DNA of 58,965 nucleotides from Candidatus Ryanbacteria bacterium RIFCSPHIGHO2_02_FULL_45_17b (GTDB lineage Bacteria; Patescibacteriota; Minisyncoccia; Ryanbacterales; 2-02-FULL-48-12): NCBI GenBank assembly GCA_001819815.1, contig MHNO01000010.1, positions 67,847 to 126,811 of the forward strand, read 5' to 3'. Shown piece by piece: positions 46,398 to 55,900 of this stretch (position 1 is its first letter; each line of letters starts with the position of its first letter). The notes under the pieces were generated by a model. It saw only the letters and a program-made list of their open reading frames with translations, ran no database searches and was not told where the DNA came from. The position numbers and the translations under genes were made by a program.

Positions 46398-47406
46398 ACC
46401 AATTTTTTTCGATTCGACATTGCGAGACGGATCTCATGTGGTGCGGCATCAGATTAGCATTGAGACGATTACAGAGTATTGCAAAATGATTGACGGATCC
46501 GGCGTGTATGCGGTTATTGTAGGACATGGCAACGGCCTTGGCGCTTCCACGTTGCAAGTTGGCCGTTCTCTGCATTCAGATTTGGAGATGATATCAGCAG
46601 CGCGCGCGGCTCTTCATGAGACAAAACTCGGGGCTTTTATGCTTCCCGGCTTTGGCACCATAAAAGACGATCTTGCTCCCGCTTTGGATGCCGGAGTTGA
46701 TTTGGTTTGCGTGGGTGTGCATTGCACCGAAGCCGATGTAACACAGCAGTACATTGAATATGTGACGGGCAGGGGGAAAGAAGCTATTGGCGTGCTCATG
46801 ATGTATCACCGGGCACCCAAAGAGCGGTTGCTTGAGGAAGCGAAAAAAATGCAAAGTTACGGCGCGCGCGCGGTGATTCTTATGGATTCAGCTGGTTCCT
46901 CTACCGTAGATATGGTGAGGCAAACGGTTGAATACCTTGTTCGCCATTTACAAATTCCGGTCGGTTTTCATGCTCATAATAATTTAAGCATGGCGGTGGC
47001 AAATTCGTTTGTTGCCCTTGAGTCGGGCGCAACAATTATTGACGGCACCACGCGCGGTTTTGGCGCGGGCGCGGGTAATTGCCAGCTTGAAGCGGTGGTT
47101 GCGCTGTTGCAAAAAAATGGGATAGACGCCGGTGTGGAATTGTATAAGCTTTTAGACGCGGGCGAAAAAGTGCTGAAGCCGATTATGACAAAACCGCAGG
47201 GAATAGATCCGGTAAGCATCGTAAGCGGTTTGGCTGGCGTGTTTTCCGGTTTCGCGCCGCATGTAAAACGGGCGGCCGAAGAATTTGGGGTAGATCCCCG
47301 GGATATTTTTATGGAATTGGGCAGACGGAATGTAGTCGCGGGCCAAGAAGATATTATTGTTGATGTTGCCGTGGAATTGGCAAAAAGGCAAACTCAAAAC
47401 GTATGA
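46390..47406 (+). CDS. 4-hydroxy-2-oxovalerate aldolase-like DRE-TIM metallolyase (DmpG/MhpE-like)
   Basis: FFDSTLRDGSH, HCTEADV, GFHAHNNLSMAVANS, and GFGAGAGNCQLE. The start overlaps the upstream stop in ATGAATAA. Confidence 0.85.
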   Translation: MNKPIFFDSTLRDGSHVVRHQISIETITEYCKMIDGSGVYAVIVGHGNGLGASTLQVGRSLHSDLEMISAARAALHETKLGAFMLPGFGTIKDDLAPALDAGVDLVCVGVHCTEADVTQQYIEYVTGRGKEAIGVLMMYHRAPKERLLEEAKKMQSYGARAVILMDSAGSSTVDMVRQTVEYLVRHLQIPVGFHAHNNLSMAVANSFVALESGATIIDGTTRGFGAGAGNCQLEAVVALLQKNGIDAGVELYKLLDAGEKVLKPIMTKPQGIDPVSIVSGLAGVFSGFAPHVKRAAEEFGVDPRDIFMELGRRNVVAGQEDIIVDVAVELAKRQTQNV

Positions 47407-49202
47407 TAGTTGCGGATTACATCTTTAAATTTTTTGAAGAAAAAGGAATACGGAACGTGTTTATGGTAGTTGGCGGCCAGGCGATGTTTTTGGATGACGC
47501 GGTTTATAGGAATAAGAATTTTACGCCTATTTTTACGCACCATGAGCAGGCGGCCGGCATGGCGGCCGAAGCCTATGGCCGGCTGAAAAATACACCCGCG
47601 GTTGCTTTGGTTACCGCCGGACCTGCCGGTGTAAACGTGTTGAATGGAGTTGTGGGAGGTTGGGTTGATTCTTCTCCCATGATAGTGATATCAGGACAAA
47701 CGAATTTATCATTTGTCGAGTATCAAGAAAAAACGGGCATTCGGCAGTTCGGCGTGCAAGGCATTAACATTGGGCAATTGGCGGAAAAAGTAGTTAAATT
47801 TTTTATTACCATCGATGACCCAAAGAATATTTTGTATTATTTGCAAAAAGCGTATTATCTTAGCACAACCGGAAGGCCGGGTCCTGTGTGGCTGGATGTA
47901 CCGCTGAATATCCAAGGAATGGCTGTTCCGGACGGTCCCCTGCGGGAATTTACGGAATATGCGGTTCAAGAGTCGCCAAAGGATATTCATGCGGAAGTAC
48001 AGGAAACTATGCGGCTATTGCTTCAGGCAAAGCGGCCCATTCTTCTTGCGGGGCAGGGAGTGCGGCTTGGCAGCGCGGTAGAGGGTTTTAGGGAATTTGT
48101 GGAAAAATTTCGCATGCCGGTTCTTACCGCGCGTCTGGCAATAGACCTTATACATAGCGACCACCCGTTGTATGTGGGTCGGCCCGGCACCTATGGAGAG
48201 CGATCGGCAAATTTTGCGGTTCAAAACGCTGATCTAATTTTGTCCGTAGGATGCCGCTTGGGCACGTCTTTGATTGGGCATGACGCGAAAGATTTCGGAA
48301 GAAATGCAAAAAAGATATTGGTGGATATAGACCAGAAGGAATTGGATAAACCGGGACTGGAAAAAATTGCGGTTGTCATACATAGCACCACAAAGAATTT
48401 TTTCCAAGCGGCGCTGAAAGAAGGCGAACACGCAAAAATGCCCGATTGGGAAAAATGGATAGCCGTGTGCAACGGGTGGAAGCGGGCGTATCCGGTGGTA
48501 CTGCCTTCGTATAAGGAGGAGAAGCCGGTAAGCTCATATTATTTTACCGACCGGCTTTCTGCGGTTGCCACGAACGATGATTGGGTTTTGGTTGATACGG
48601 GATCTTGTTTTCATGTTGCCTGCCAGACTTGGAAAATAAAAACCGGCCAGAGATTTTTAACAACCGGTGGAATTTCCACCATGGGATATTGGGCCGCGGG
48701 GATTGGCGCGTGCATGGCGCGTGATCGGAAACGGATAATCGTTATCACAGGAGACGGGAGTTTGCAAATGAACCTTCAAGAGCTCGCGACGGTGAAACAA
48801 AACAACTTGCCCCTTAAAATCTTTATATTTAACAACAACGGCTACTTGCTTATGCGGCTTATGCAAAGTAATTTTATGGATAAGCGTTTTATGGGTGAAA
48901 GCCCGGCAACCGGTTTGTGGTGTCCCGATGCGCTCAAAATTGCCGATACGTATGGTATACGCGGGATACGGATCGATTCAGTTGAAGGCATTGAAGAAAA
49001 AATTACGGAAGCCCTTGATTGCCCAGGACCGGTGATTTGTGACGTGATGATGCCCGAGTGGCAGATATTGGCGCCGCGCACCATGTCCGACAAGCTGCCC
49101 GATGGCAGGCTGGTTGCCCGGCCGTATGAAGACATGTATCCGTTTTTGGATCGTGAAGAATTAAAACGGCAAATGGTTGCGGAATTACCCGAAGAATTTT
49201 AA
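47403..49202 (+). CDS. Thiamine-diphosphate-dependent enzyme (acetolactate synthase / YerE-like)
   Basis: N-terminal PYR domain (HEQAAGMAAEAYGR; GPAGVNVLNGV) and ThDP motif GDGSLQMNLQEL...IFIFNNNGY. Confidence 0.85.
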   Translation: MIVADYIFKFFEEKGIRNVFMVVGGQAMFLDDAVYRNKNFTPIFTHHEQAAGMAAEAYGRLKNTPAVALVTAGPAGVNVLNGVVGGWVDSSPMIVISGQTNLSFVEYQEKTGIRQFGVQGINIGQLAEKVVKFFITIDDPKNILYYLQKAYYLSTTGRPGPVWLDVPLNIQGMAVPDGPLREFTEYAVQESPKDIHAEVQETMRLLLQAKRPILLAGQGVRLGSAVEGFREFVEKFRMPVLTARLAIDLIHSDHPLYVGRPGTYGERSANFAVQNADLILSVGCRLGTSLIGHDAKDFGRNAKKILVDIDQKELDKPGLEKIAVVIHSTTKNFFQAALKEGEHAKMPDWEKWIAVCNGWKRAYPVVLPSYKEEKPVSSYYFTDRLSAVATNDDWVLVDTGSCFHVACQTWKIKTGQRFLTTGGISTMGYWAAGIGACMARDRKRIIVITGDGSLQMNLQELATVKQNNLPLKIFIFNNNGYLLMRLMQSNFMDKRFMGESPATGLWCPDALKIADTYGIRGIRIDSVEGIEEKITEALDCPGPVICDVMMPEWQILAPRTMSDKLPDGRLVARPYEDMYPFLDREELKRQMVAELPEEF

Positions 49203-49212
49203 TGCGTGCGCT

Positions 49213-50085
49213 ATGAACATATTACTTACCGGCGGTTCCGGTTTTATTGGAAAACATATTATCGAATTACTAGGCAAGAAATATACTATCACAGCGCCGT
49301 CGCATCGGGAGCTGGATATTTTAGATTTGGATGCTGTGAGAACATTTTTACAGGCGGGAAAATTTGACATTGTCATTCACGCGGCGAATGTGGGAGGTAA
49401 GCGCAATCAGGGCGCGCTTACGGGAGTATATGAAACGAATCGCCGGATGTTTTTGAATTTAGCAGAAAACAGCAATCTATTTGGTCGTATGATTTTTCTC
49501 GGTTCCGGAGCGGAATATGGAAAACAGGGGGCAATTAGTATGGTGCGAGAAGAAGATTTTGGCAAAGTTCAGCCTCTTGATGAGTATGGCAGAGCAAAAT
49601 ATGCCGCATCGGAATATATTCGTGAGCACGAACACATACTCAATCTGCGTTGTTTTGGGGTGTTCGGAACGTATGAGGATTATTCGGTTCGTTTTATTTC
49701 GAATGCCATATGCCGTTCATTGTTTGGTTTGCCCATTGTCATGCATCAGAATGTAAAATTTGATTATCTGTACGCGCCGGACTTGGTAGGCATAATAGAA
49801 TATTTTATCATCAATCAGCCAAGTGTAAAGTTTTACAATGCCGGTTTTGGAAAACCCATTGAGCTTGTGGAACTCGCGCAAATGGTAAAACAAGTGGCAA
49901 ACAGCGATTTGGAGATTGAAATAGAACAGCCGGGGTACGGCAATGAATACAGTTGTGACGCAAGCCGGCTTAAAGCGGAAATCAAGAATATGGCGTTTAC
50001 GTCATATGAAATGGCAATTACAGAGATGGTTGCATACTATAAAAGCATTATTTCAAAAATATCGCGCGAAGATTTGGATGAATGA
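49213..50085 (+). CDS. NAD(P)-dependent SDR (epimerase/reductase family)
   Basis: LLTGGSGFIGKH, and YGRAKYAAS (YxxxK). Confidence 0.7.
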   Translation: MNILLTGGSGFIGKHIIELLGKKYTITAPSHRELDILDLDAVRTFLQAGKFDIVIHAANVGGKRNQGALTGVYETNRRMFLNLAENSNLFGRMIFLGSGAEYGKQGAISMVREEDFGKVQPLDEYGRAKYAASEYIREHEHILNLRCFGVFGTYEDYSVRFISNAICRSLFGLPIVMHQNVKFDYLYAPDLVGIIEYFIINQPSVKFYNAGFGKPIELVELAQMVKQVANSDLEIEIEQPGYGNEYSCDASRLKAEIKNMAFTSYEMAITEMVAYYKSIISKISREDLDE

Positions 50086-50106
50086 TTTTTGTTTTCATAT
50101 ATTTCT

Positions 50107-51183
50107 ATGAACCTCTATGAATTTCAAGGAAAGGAATTGTTTGATGCCTACCGCATTCCCACGCCGCGGCGCATGATGGCAAATGGCGCTGCGGATAAAA
50201 TTTTTTTTCCCGGGCCGTATGTAATCAAGGCGCAAGTTCTTTTTGGCGGCCGAAAAAAAGCCGGCGGAATTCTTTTTGCTTCCACGGCAAGCGCGGCAAA
50301 AAAACAGATACGCGCTTTGTTGGGCGGCAATCTTCGGGGTGAGAATGTCGCAAGCGTGCTGGTAGAAGAATGCATTCAATCGGCGGATGAATATTATGCT
50401 TCGTTTAGCTATGATACCGTTTCTCGCGGGCCGGTTCTCATGCTTTCGCCGCGTGGAGGGTCTGGCATGGCGGAAGCGGCAATATTTCCTGTTGACCTTA
50501 CGCTTCAGGAATCGTCCCGCAACTTGCGCTTTCGGAACGCGCTTCGCAAAAGCGGCTTTCCGGCGGGGGATATAGCGCCGTTAACTATCTTTATTTCACG
50601 CCTCTGTCAGTTATTTTTAAATGAATACGCGTTACTGGCCGAAATCAACCCCATTTTAAAGACATCCGCAAAACGATTTGTTGCAGGGGACGCAAAAATA
50701 ATTTTGGATGATGAGAAAGTAAAGCCGAATGAGCGGCGATTTTTTGACCTGAAAGGAGATATCGCCATTCTTGCCTCGGGTGGCGGCGCTTCGCTTCTCA
50801 ACATAGACAGTCTTATATCCTATGGAGGAAGACCCGCAAATTACGCGGAGTATTCGGGTAACCCTCCCGCCGAAATTGTTATGGATCTGACAAAAAAGGT
50901 TCTCGCGCAAAAAAATTTGAAAGGCTGCTGGGTGATAGGCGGTACGGCAAACTTTACCGATATATACGAGACCATGCGGGGTTTTTTGGACGGCTTGCGT
51001 GAAATAAAGCCAAAGCCGCGTTATCCGTTTGTAATTCGAAGAGATGGTCCGCGCTTTCGCGAAGCGGCCGCCATGCTCAAAGAGATTGCAGCAGAAGAAG
51101 GATATAACTTCCATGTTTTCGGGAGGGATCTCTCAATGTCCGAATCCGCAAAAATTATGGTAGATTTGGCATACAAAAAATAA
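50107..51183 (+). CDS. SucC-like ATP-grasp subunit (citryl-CoA synthetase large subunit / ACL beta-like)
   Basis: MNLYEFQGKELF, VIKAQVLFGGRKKAGGI, and GGRPANYAEYSGNP. Confidence 0.75.
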   Translation: MNLYEFQGKELFDAYRIPTPRRMMANGAADKIFFPGPYVIKAQVLFGGRKKAGGILFASTASAAKKQIRALLGGNLRGENVASVLVEECIQSADEYYASFSYDTVSRGPVLMLSPRGGSGMAEAAIFPVDLTLQESSRNLRFRNALRKSGFPAGDIAPLTIFISRLCQLFLNEYALLAEINPILKTSAKRFVAGDAKIILDDEKVKPNERRFFDLKGDIAILASGGGASLLNIDSLISYGGRPANYAEYSGNPPAEIVMDLTKKVLAQKNLKGCWVIGGTANFTDIYETMRGFLDGLREIKPKPRYPFVIRRDGPRFREAAAMLKEIAAEEGYNFHVFGRDLSMSESAKIMVDLAYKK

Positions 51184-51185
51184 GC

Positions 51186-52097
51186 ATGTCTATTCTTGTT
51201 ACTAAAAAGACCAGAGCTCTTATACAGGGAATTACCGGAAAAGAAGGATTGCGGGCGCTCGAAGGCATGCGCGCGTGCGGTACAAAAGTTTTGGCTGGCG
51301 TGACGCCCGGTAAGGGAGGCCAAAACGCGGATGGTGTGCCGGTTTACAACACCGTGAAAGAGGCAATCCATCGGCATCCTTCTATTAACGCATCGCTTAT
51401 TGTAGCGCCCGCGCCGGCGGTAAAAAATGCGGCGCTTGAAGCAATTCGGCAAAAAATTCCTCTTCTTACTATCTTGACCGAACATGTTCCGGTTCGTGAT
51501 TCCGCAGAACTTTTGGCATTAGCCAGAAAGCGGGGAATTAGAATTATTGGCCCATCGTCTGTTGGTATTATTTCTCCGGGGGAAGGAAAAATCGGCAGTA
51601 TTGGCGGTGAAGATCCCACGCATTTGTTTCATCCGGGACCGATTGGCGTAATTTCAAAGAGTGGAGGCATGACCGCGGAAATTGCGGTTATATTGAACCG
51701 GTTTGGACTTGGCCAGAGCACAGTCCTTGGTATTGGAGGAGATCAAATTGTCGGATCGGACTTTGTTGATATCGTAAAACTTTTTGAAAAGGATTCGGAA
51801 ACGCGCGCTATTGTTGTTTTTGGGGAAGTGGGTGGCACCTATGAAGAACAACTTGCAGAATTCGTGCAAAAAGAAAAATTAAAAAAACCGATTATAGCTA
51901 TCGTGGCAGGAAAATTTACCGCTCTGCTTCCGCCAGGTACGGTGCTTGGCCATGCCGGCGCCATAGTTATGAAGGGCCGCGGGGGGTATGAATCAAAAGT
52001 GGAAGCTCTCCGGCAAGCTGGTGTTTTCATTGCAAACACTCTTGAAGATATTCCTCTATTGCTCAAAAAAAAGCTCCGTGGCAAGATAGCATCATGA
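51186..52097 (+). CDS. SucD-like CoA-binding subunit (citryl-CoA synthetase small subunit-like)
   Basis: QGITGKEG, SKSGGMT, and the phosphohistidine loop GHAGAIV. Confidence 0.8.
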   Translation: MSILVTKKTRALIQGITGKEGLRALEGMRACGTKVLAGVTPGKGGQNADGVPVYNTVKEAIHRHPSINASLIVAPAPAVKNAALEAIRQKIPLLTILTEHVPVRDSAELLALARKRGIRIIGPSSVGIISPGEGKIGSIGGEDPTHLFHPGPIGVISKSGGMTAEIAVILNRFGLGQSTVLGIGGDQIVGSDFVDIVKLFEKDSETRAIVVFGEVGGTYEEQLAEFVQKEKLKKPIIAIVAGKFTALLPPGTVLGHAGAIVMKGRGGYESKVEALRQAGVFIANTLEDIPLLLKKKLRGKIAS

Positions 52098-52837
52098 AAT
52101 GGAGAACGGCAATTAGTGTACAAAAAGATGGAGAGCTGTATATGCGGGGTGTTCGTTTGGTTGATCTCATCGGGAAAGCGAGTTTTGTAGAAGCTATTTT
52201 TCTCGCATTGCAAGGGCGATTTCCCAAAAAAAACGAGACAAAAATGCTGGATGCCGTTTTTGTATCCCTGATTGAGCATGGTATTGAAGTGCCCTCCGCT
52301 TTTGTTGCCAGAAGCGTTGCCTCAACGGGAAATTCTGCAAACGCGGCGATCGCCGCGGGAGTTCTCGCGATGGGAGATTTTCATGGAGGCGCAATAGAGG
52401 GAGCCGCCCGGTATTTGCAGTCGAAAGAAACGCCGCGCGGTATTGTCGCTCAAGCGCTCAAAAACAAGGAACACTTGCCTGGATTTGGCCACAAGGTGTA
52501 CAAAACCGAAGATCCGCGGACGCACGCTCTTTTTGAAAAGGCGCGGGAACTAAAATTACCTCAAACATATATAATGCGGGCTCGCGCAATAGAACGGGAA
52601 CTCAAGCGCGCGAGCGGCAATGGCATTCCGCTGAATATCGATGGGGCGGTGGCTGCTGTGATGTCAGAACTCGGGTTTGGTTGGCGGCTTGGCAAACCTT
52701 TTTTCATTCTGGGCCGTTTGCCGGGGCTTATTGCGCACATTGAGGAAGAGTATCAAAATGAAAAACCATATCGCCGTCTTGATTCCGAAGATGTTGAATA
52801 TGTGGGCTTACCTATCAAGAAGCACAATCATAAGTAA
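52094..52837 (+). CDS. Citryl-CoA lyase / short citrate-synthase-family protein
   Basis: LIEHG, GDFHGGA, and LPGFGHKVYKTEDPR. At 247 aa it has the size of a stand-alone Ccl. Confidence 0.75.
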   Translation: MKWRTAISVQKDGELYMRGVRLVDLIGKASFVEAIFLALQGRFPKKNETKMLDAVFVSLIEHGIEVPSAFVARSVASTGNSANAAIAAGVLAMGDFHGGAIEGAARYLQSKETPRGIVAQALKNKEHLPGFGHKVYKTEDPRTHALFEKARELKLPQTYIMRARAIERELKRASGNGIPLNIDGAVAAVMSELGFGWRLGKPFFILGRLPGLIAHIEEEYQNEKPYRRLDSEDVEYVGLPIKKHNHK

Positions 52838-52934
52838 GGTAGGGGACATGGATTTTGACAAGCTTGACGACGTATTCGGAACGTTCCAGATGTCTGTGTA
52901 TAACCTACATTGAACACGGCGAGCGTGGTGAGGT

Positions 52935-55900
52935 ATGGTGAAACCATTACCAAGAAACACATATATGGCTATAAAAGCATATTCATTACATCATCTTTTA
53001 GTTGCGATTAACGCTTGTGCATTCAGGAAATGGGGAAGGTATATTGCAGTCTTCTTTTTTGTTGCAGTTACTGTTTTAGGGATAGTGACTTCTGCCTATG
53101 CCGCTAGTAGCCAACAAGGAGGCGATTTTTATCAAGAAGATGAAAAAATATCTAATTCTCGCCGCATCTCCGCAGGAACGGGTGAATTTTACGGCGATTT
53201 TTCATATTCCTATCCTATAGCAATTCCAGCCGGGAGAAATGGTTTACAACCAACGATAAGTCTTTCCTATTCAAGCAACTCAGCAGATCAACAAAGTTCG
53301 TTCGGTTACGGCTGGTCTGTTTCCGTGCCCTACATTGAACGTATTAATCGTGAGGGAGTAGAAACTCTATACAGCAGGACTTATTTTTACTCATCCCTCG
53401 ATGGTGAATTGGCATCTACCACAAGCACGCAATACGGCGCAAAGGTAGAAAATGGGAGTTTTCGCAAATATGAAATGTCTACTTCTACATCTGGTTGGAC
53501 GGTAACTGATAAAAATGGCACCGTATATACATTTGGCGCCGCAACATCCACACGGATGGATGACCCCGACAACGGATATAAAGTATACCGATGGTATCTT
53601 GATGAGGTGCGGGATACAAACGATAACTATATTTCTTATTCATATTTCAAAGATCGCGGCCAAGTATACATTGCAACCTCCACATACACCGGGTACAACA
53701 ACACAGCGGGTCCGTTTACGGTAGAGTTTTACCATGAACCAAGAAATGACATCGCTTCATCGTCCGAATTTGGATTTTGGTCAGTTTCTGCCTATCGCAT
53801 CAATGAAATACAAGTCGCCATCGATGGCTCCTGGGTGCGTACATACGCACTCGGCTATACTACGGGAGATAATGATGTCCGTTCCATGCTTGATACCATT
53901 ACTGAGTCGGGCAAGGATGAAGCTGGTGTTGTGGTAACGCTCCCTGCGGTAAATTTCAACTATCAAAGTAACGACAATAGTTGGACGCGTAATACTACAT
54001 GGGAAGCTTCCGGTGTTCCGCAGTTTAATTTAACAACAGATCATGGTGTTACAATCGCGGATGTTAACGGAGATGGTCTTGCCGACATGGTGGAGAAACG
54101 CGGCACTAATCCAGCTAAGTTATATATCAATAAGGGTGACAATACAGGCTGGTATAATTGGTCAGACAGCCCGCAAAGCACCTCTAGCATCCCGTGCATA
54201 TCTTCCATATACGCGGCGGGAGATGTTCGAGACTGCGGCACCCGATTCATTGATGTAAATGGCGATGGTTTTGCTGATATTTTATATGGCCAAGGAAGTT
54301 CTACCAAAGCATACATAAACAACGGTGACTATTCCGGCTGGACGCTAAATGCGACGTGGGCTCCGCCTAAAAATTTTGTAAACTCGTCTCAAGCTGATTC
54401 CGGTCTCCGCATCGGCGAAGTAAATGGCGACGGGTTACCCGATCTGGTGTACTCTGCCACATCTTCTGCTGTGTATATCAATACGGGGCACGGGTGGTCT
54501 CAAGACACAGGGTGGACCGTACCAATTGCGTTTATAGGATCGACAACCAAAGATTTGGCCGTACGTTTGCTGGATATCAACGGAGACGGATTATCCGATT
54601 TGATCCGTGCATCTGATGATGATGCCCAAGCAAATAGCGTTTTTCTCAACACGGGCAGGAAATCGTGGGAAGAAGATACAAAATGGGTAGTACCGGAAGC
54701 ATTTGAAGAATCCACTGGTGAAGCATTGGGTGTACGGCTTGTTGATGTGAATGGCGATAACTTGGTAGATTTTGTTCGGTCTGACGATCAAGGTTCTGGT
54801 GGAAGCACGGTGCAGAAAGTGTATCTCAATCGCGGTGATGGCACAGGTTGGACGCAAGATACCCAGTGGAGTATCCCCATTGGATTTGTTGATAGTAATG
54901 GTGTCAATCAAGGCACTCGTATTGAAGATGTAAATGGCGATGGGATTGCAGACCTCCTCCGTTCCAATGATTTCATACGAATTCATTTGACCAACGGTAA
55001 AAAAGCGGATCTTCTCACAAAAATAACCCACAGCGAAGGAGGGCATACAGTCATAAGTTACAAACCTGCCCAGCAATATACCAGTGGCGGTACATTACTT
55101 AACCCCCACGTGCCCTTTGTTGTCTACACGGTAGAGAACATTGAAGAACATGATGGTCTTTCTGCAACAACTTCCAATATGACATATAATTATCGTGGTG
55201 GTGATTTCTATTATGGTTTTGCGCGAGATCGCAAGTTTGCCGGTTTTGGCACTACCACCGTAACGGATGCGGCAGGCAATGTAACAAAAACATATTTCCA
55301 GCAGGGCAATGACACCGATTCTGCCAAAGGTGAGTATTCTGATGATATTTCAAAGATTGGCAAGCCGTATCGTATAGAACAATATGATGGTCCCAGTAAT
55401 CTCTATGCAAAAACCATCAACAAATGGGAAAACTACGATTTAGGCTATAAGCGTGATTTTGTAAAACTTACCCGCACAACAAGTTTTTCTTACGATGGCG
55501 ATTTGGATCATGCGGAAAAAGCGGAAGAATACACCTATAGCAATTCAACGGGAAATCTCACTGAGAAAGTTGAGTACGGAAAAGTAAGTGGTAATGATGA
55601 TGGCACATTTACAGATACGAGCACGGACAAATTTACCTCGAGCATATCCTACGCGGCAAGTTCCACGCCGTATATTATGGCGCGCCCGTCAGTAGAAACA
55701 GTAACAGACCAAAGTGCGGTAAAAGTAAAAGAAACAAAATTCTACTATGACGACCTCGCAAACGGCAGTGTGGACAAAGGTAACGAAACAAAACGAGAAC
55801 GTTGGAAAACCAGTTCAACGTATGCCTCTACCACACGCGCATATAACACGTATGGTCTTGTAACAGAAGAAACGGATGGTCTTGGTCATGAGACAACTTT

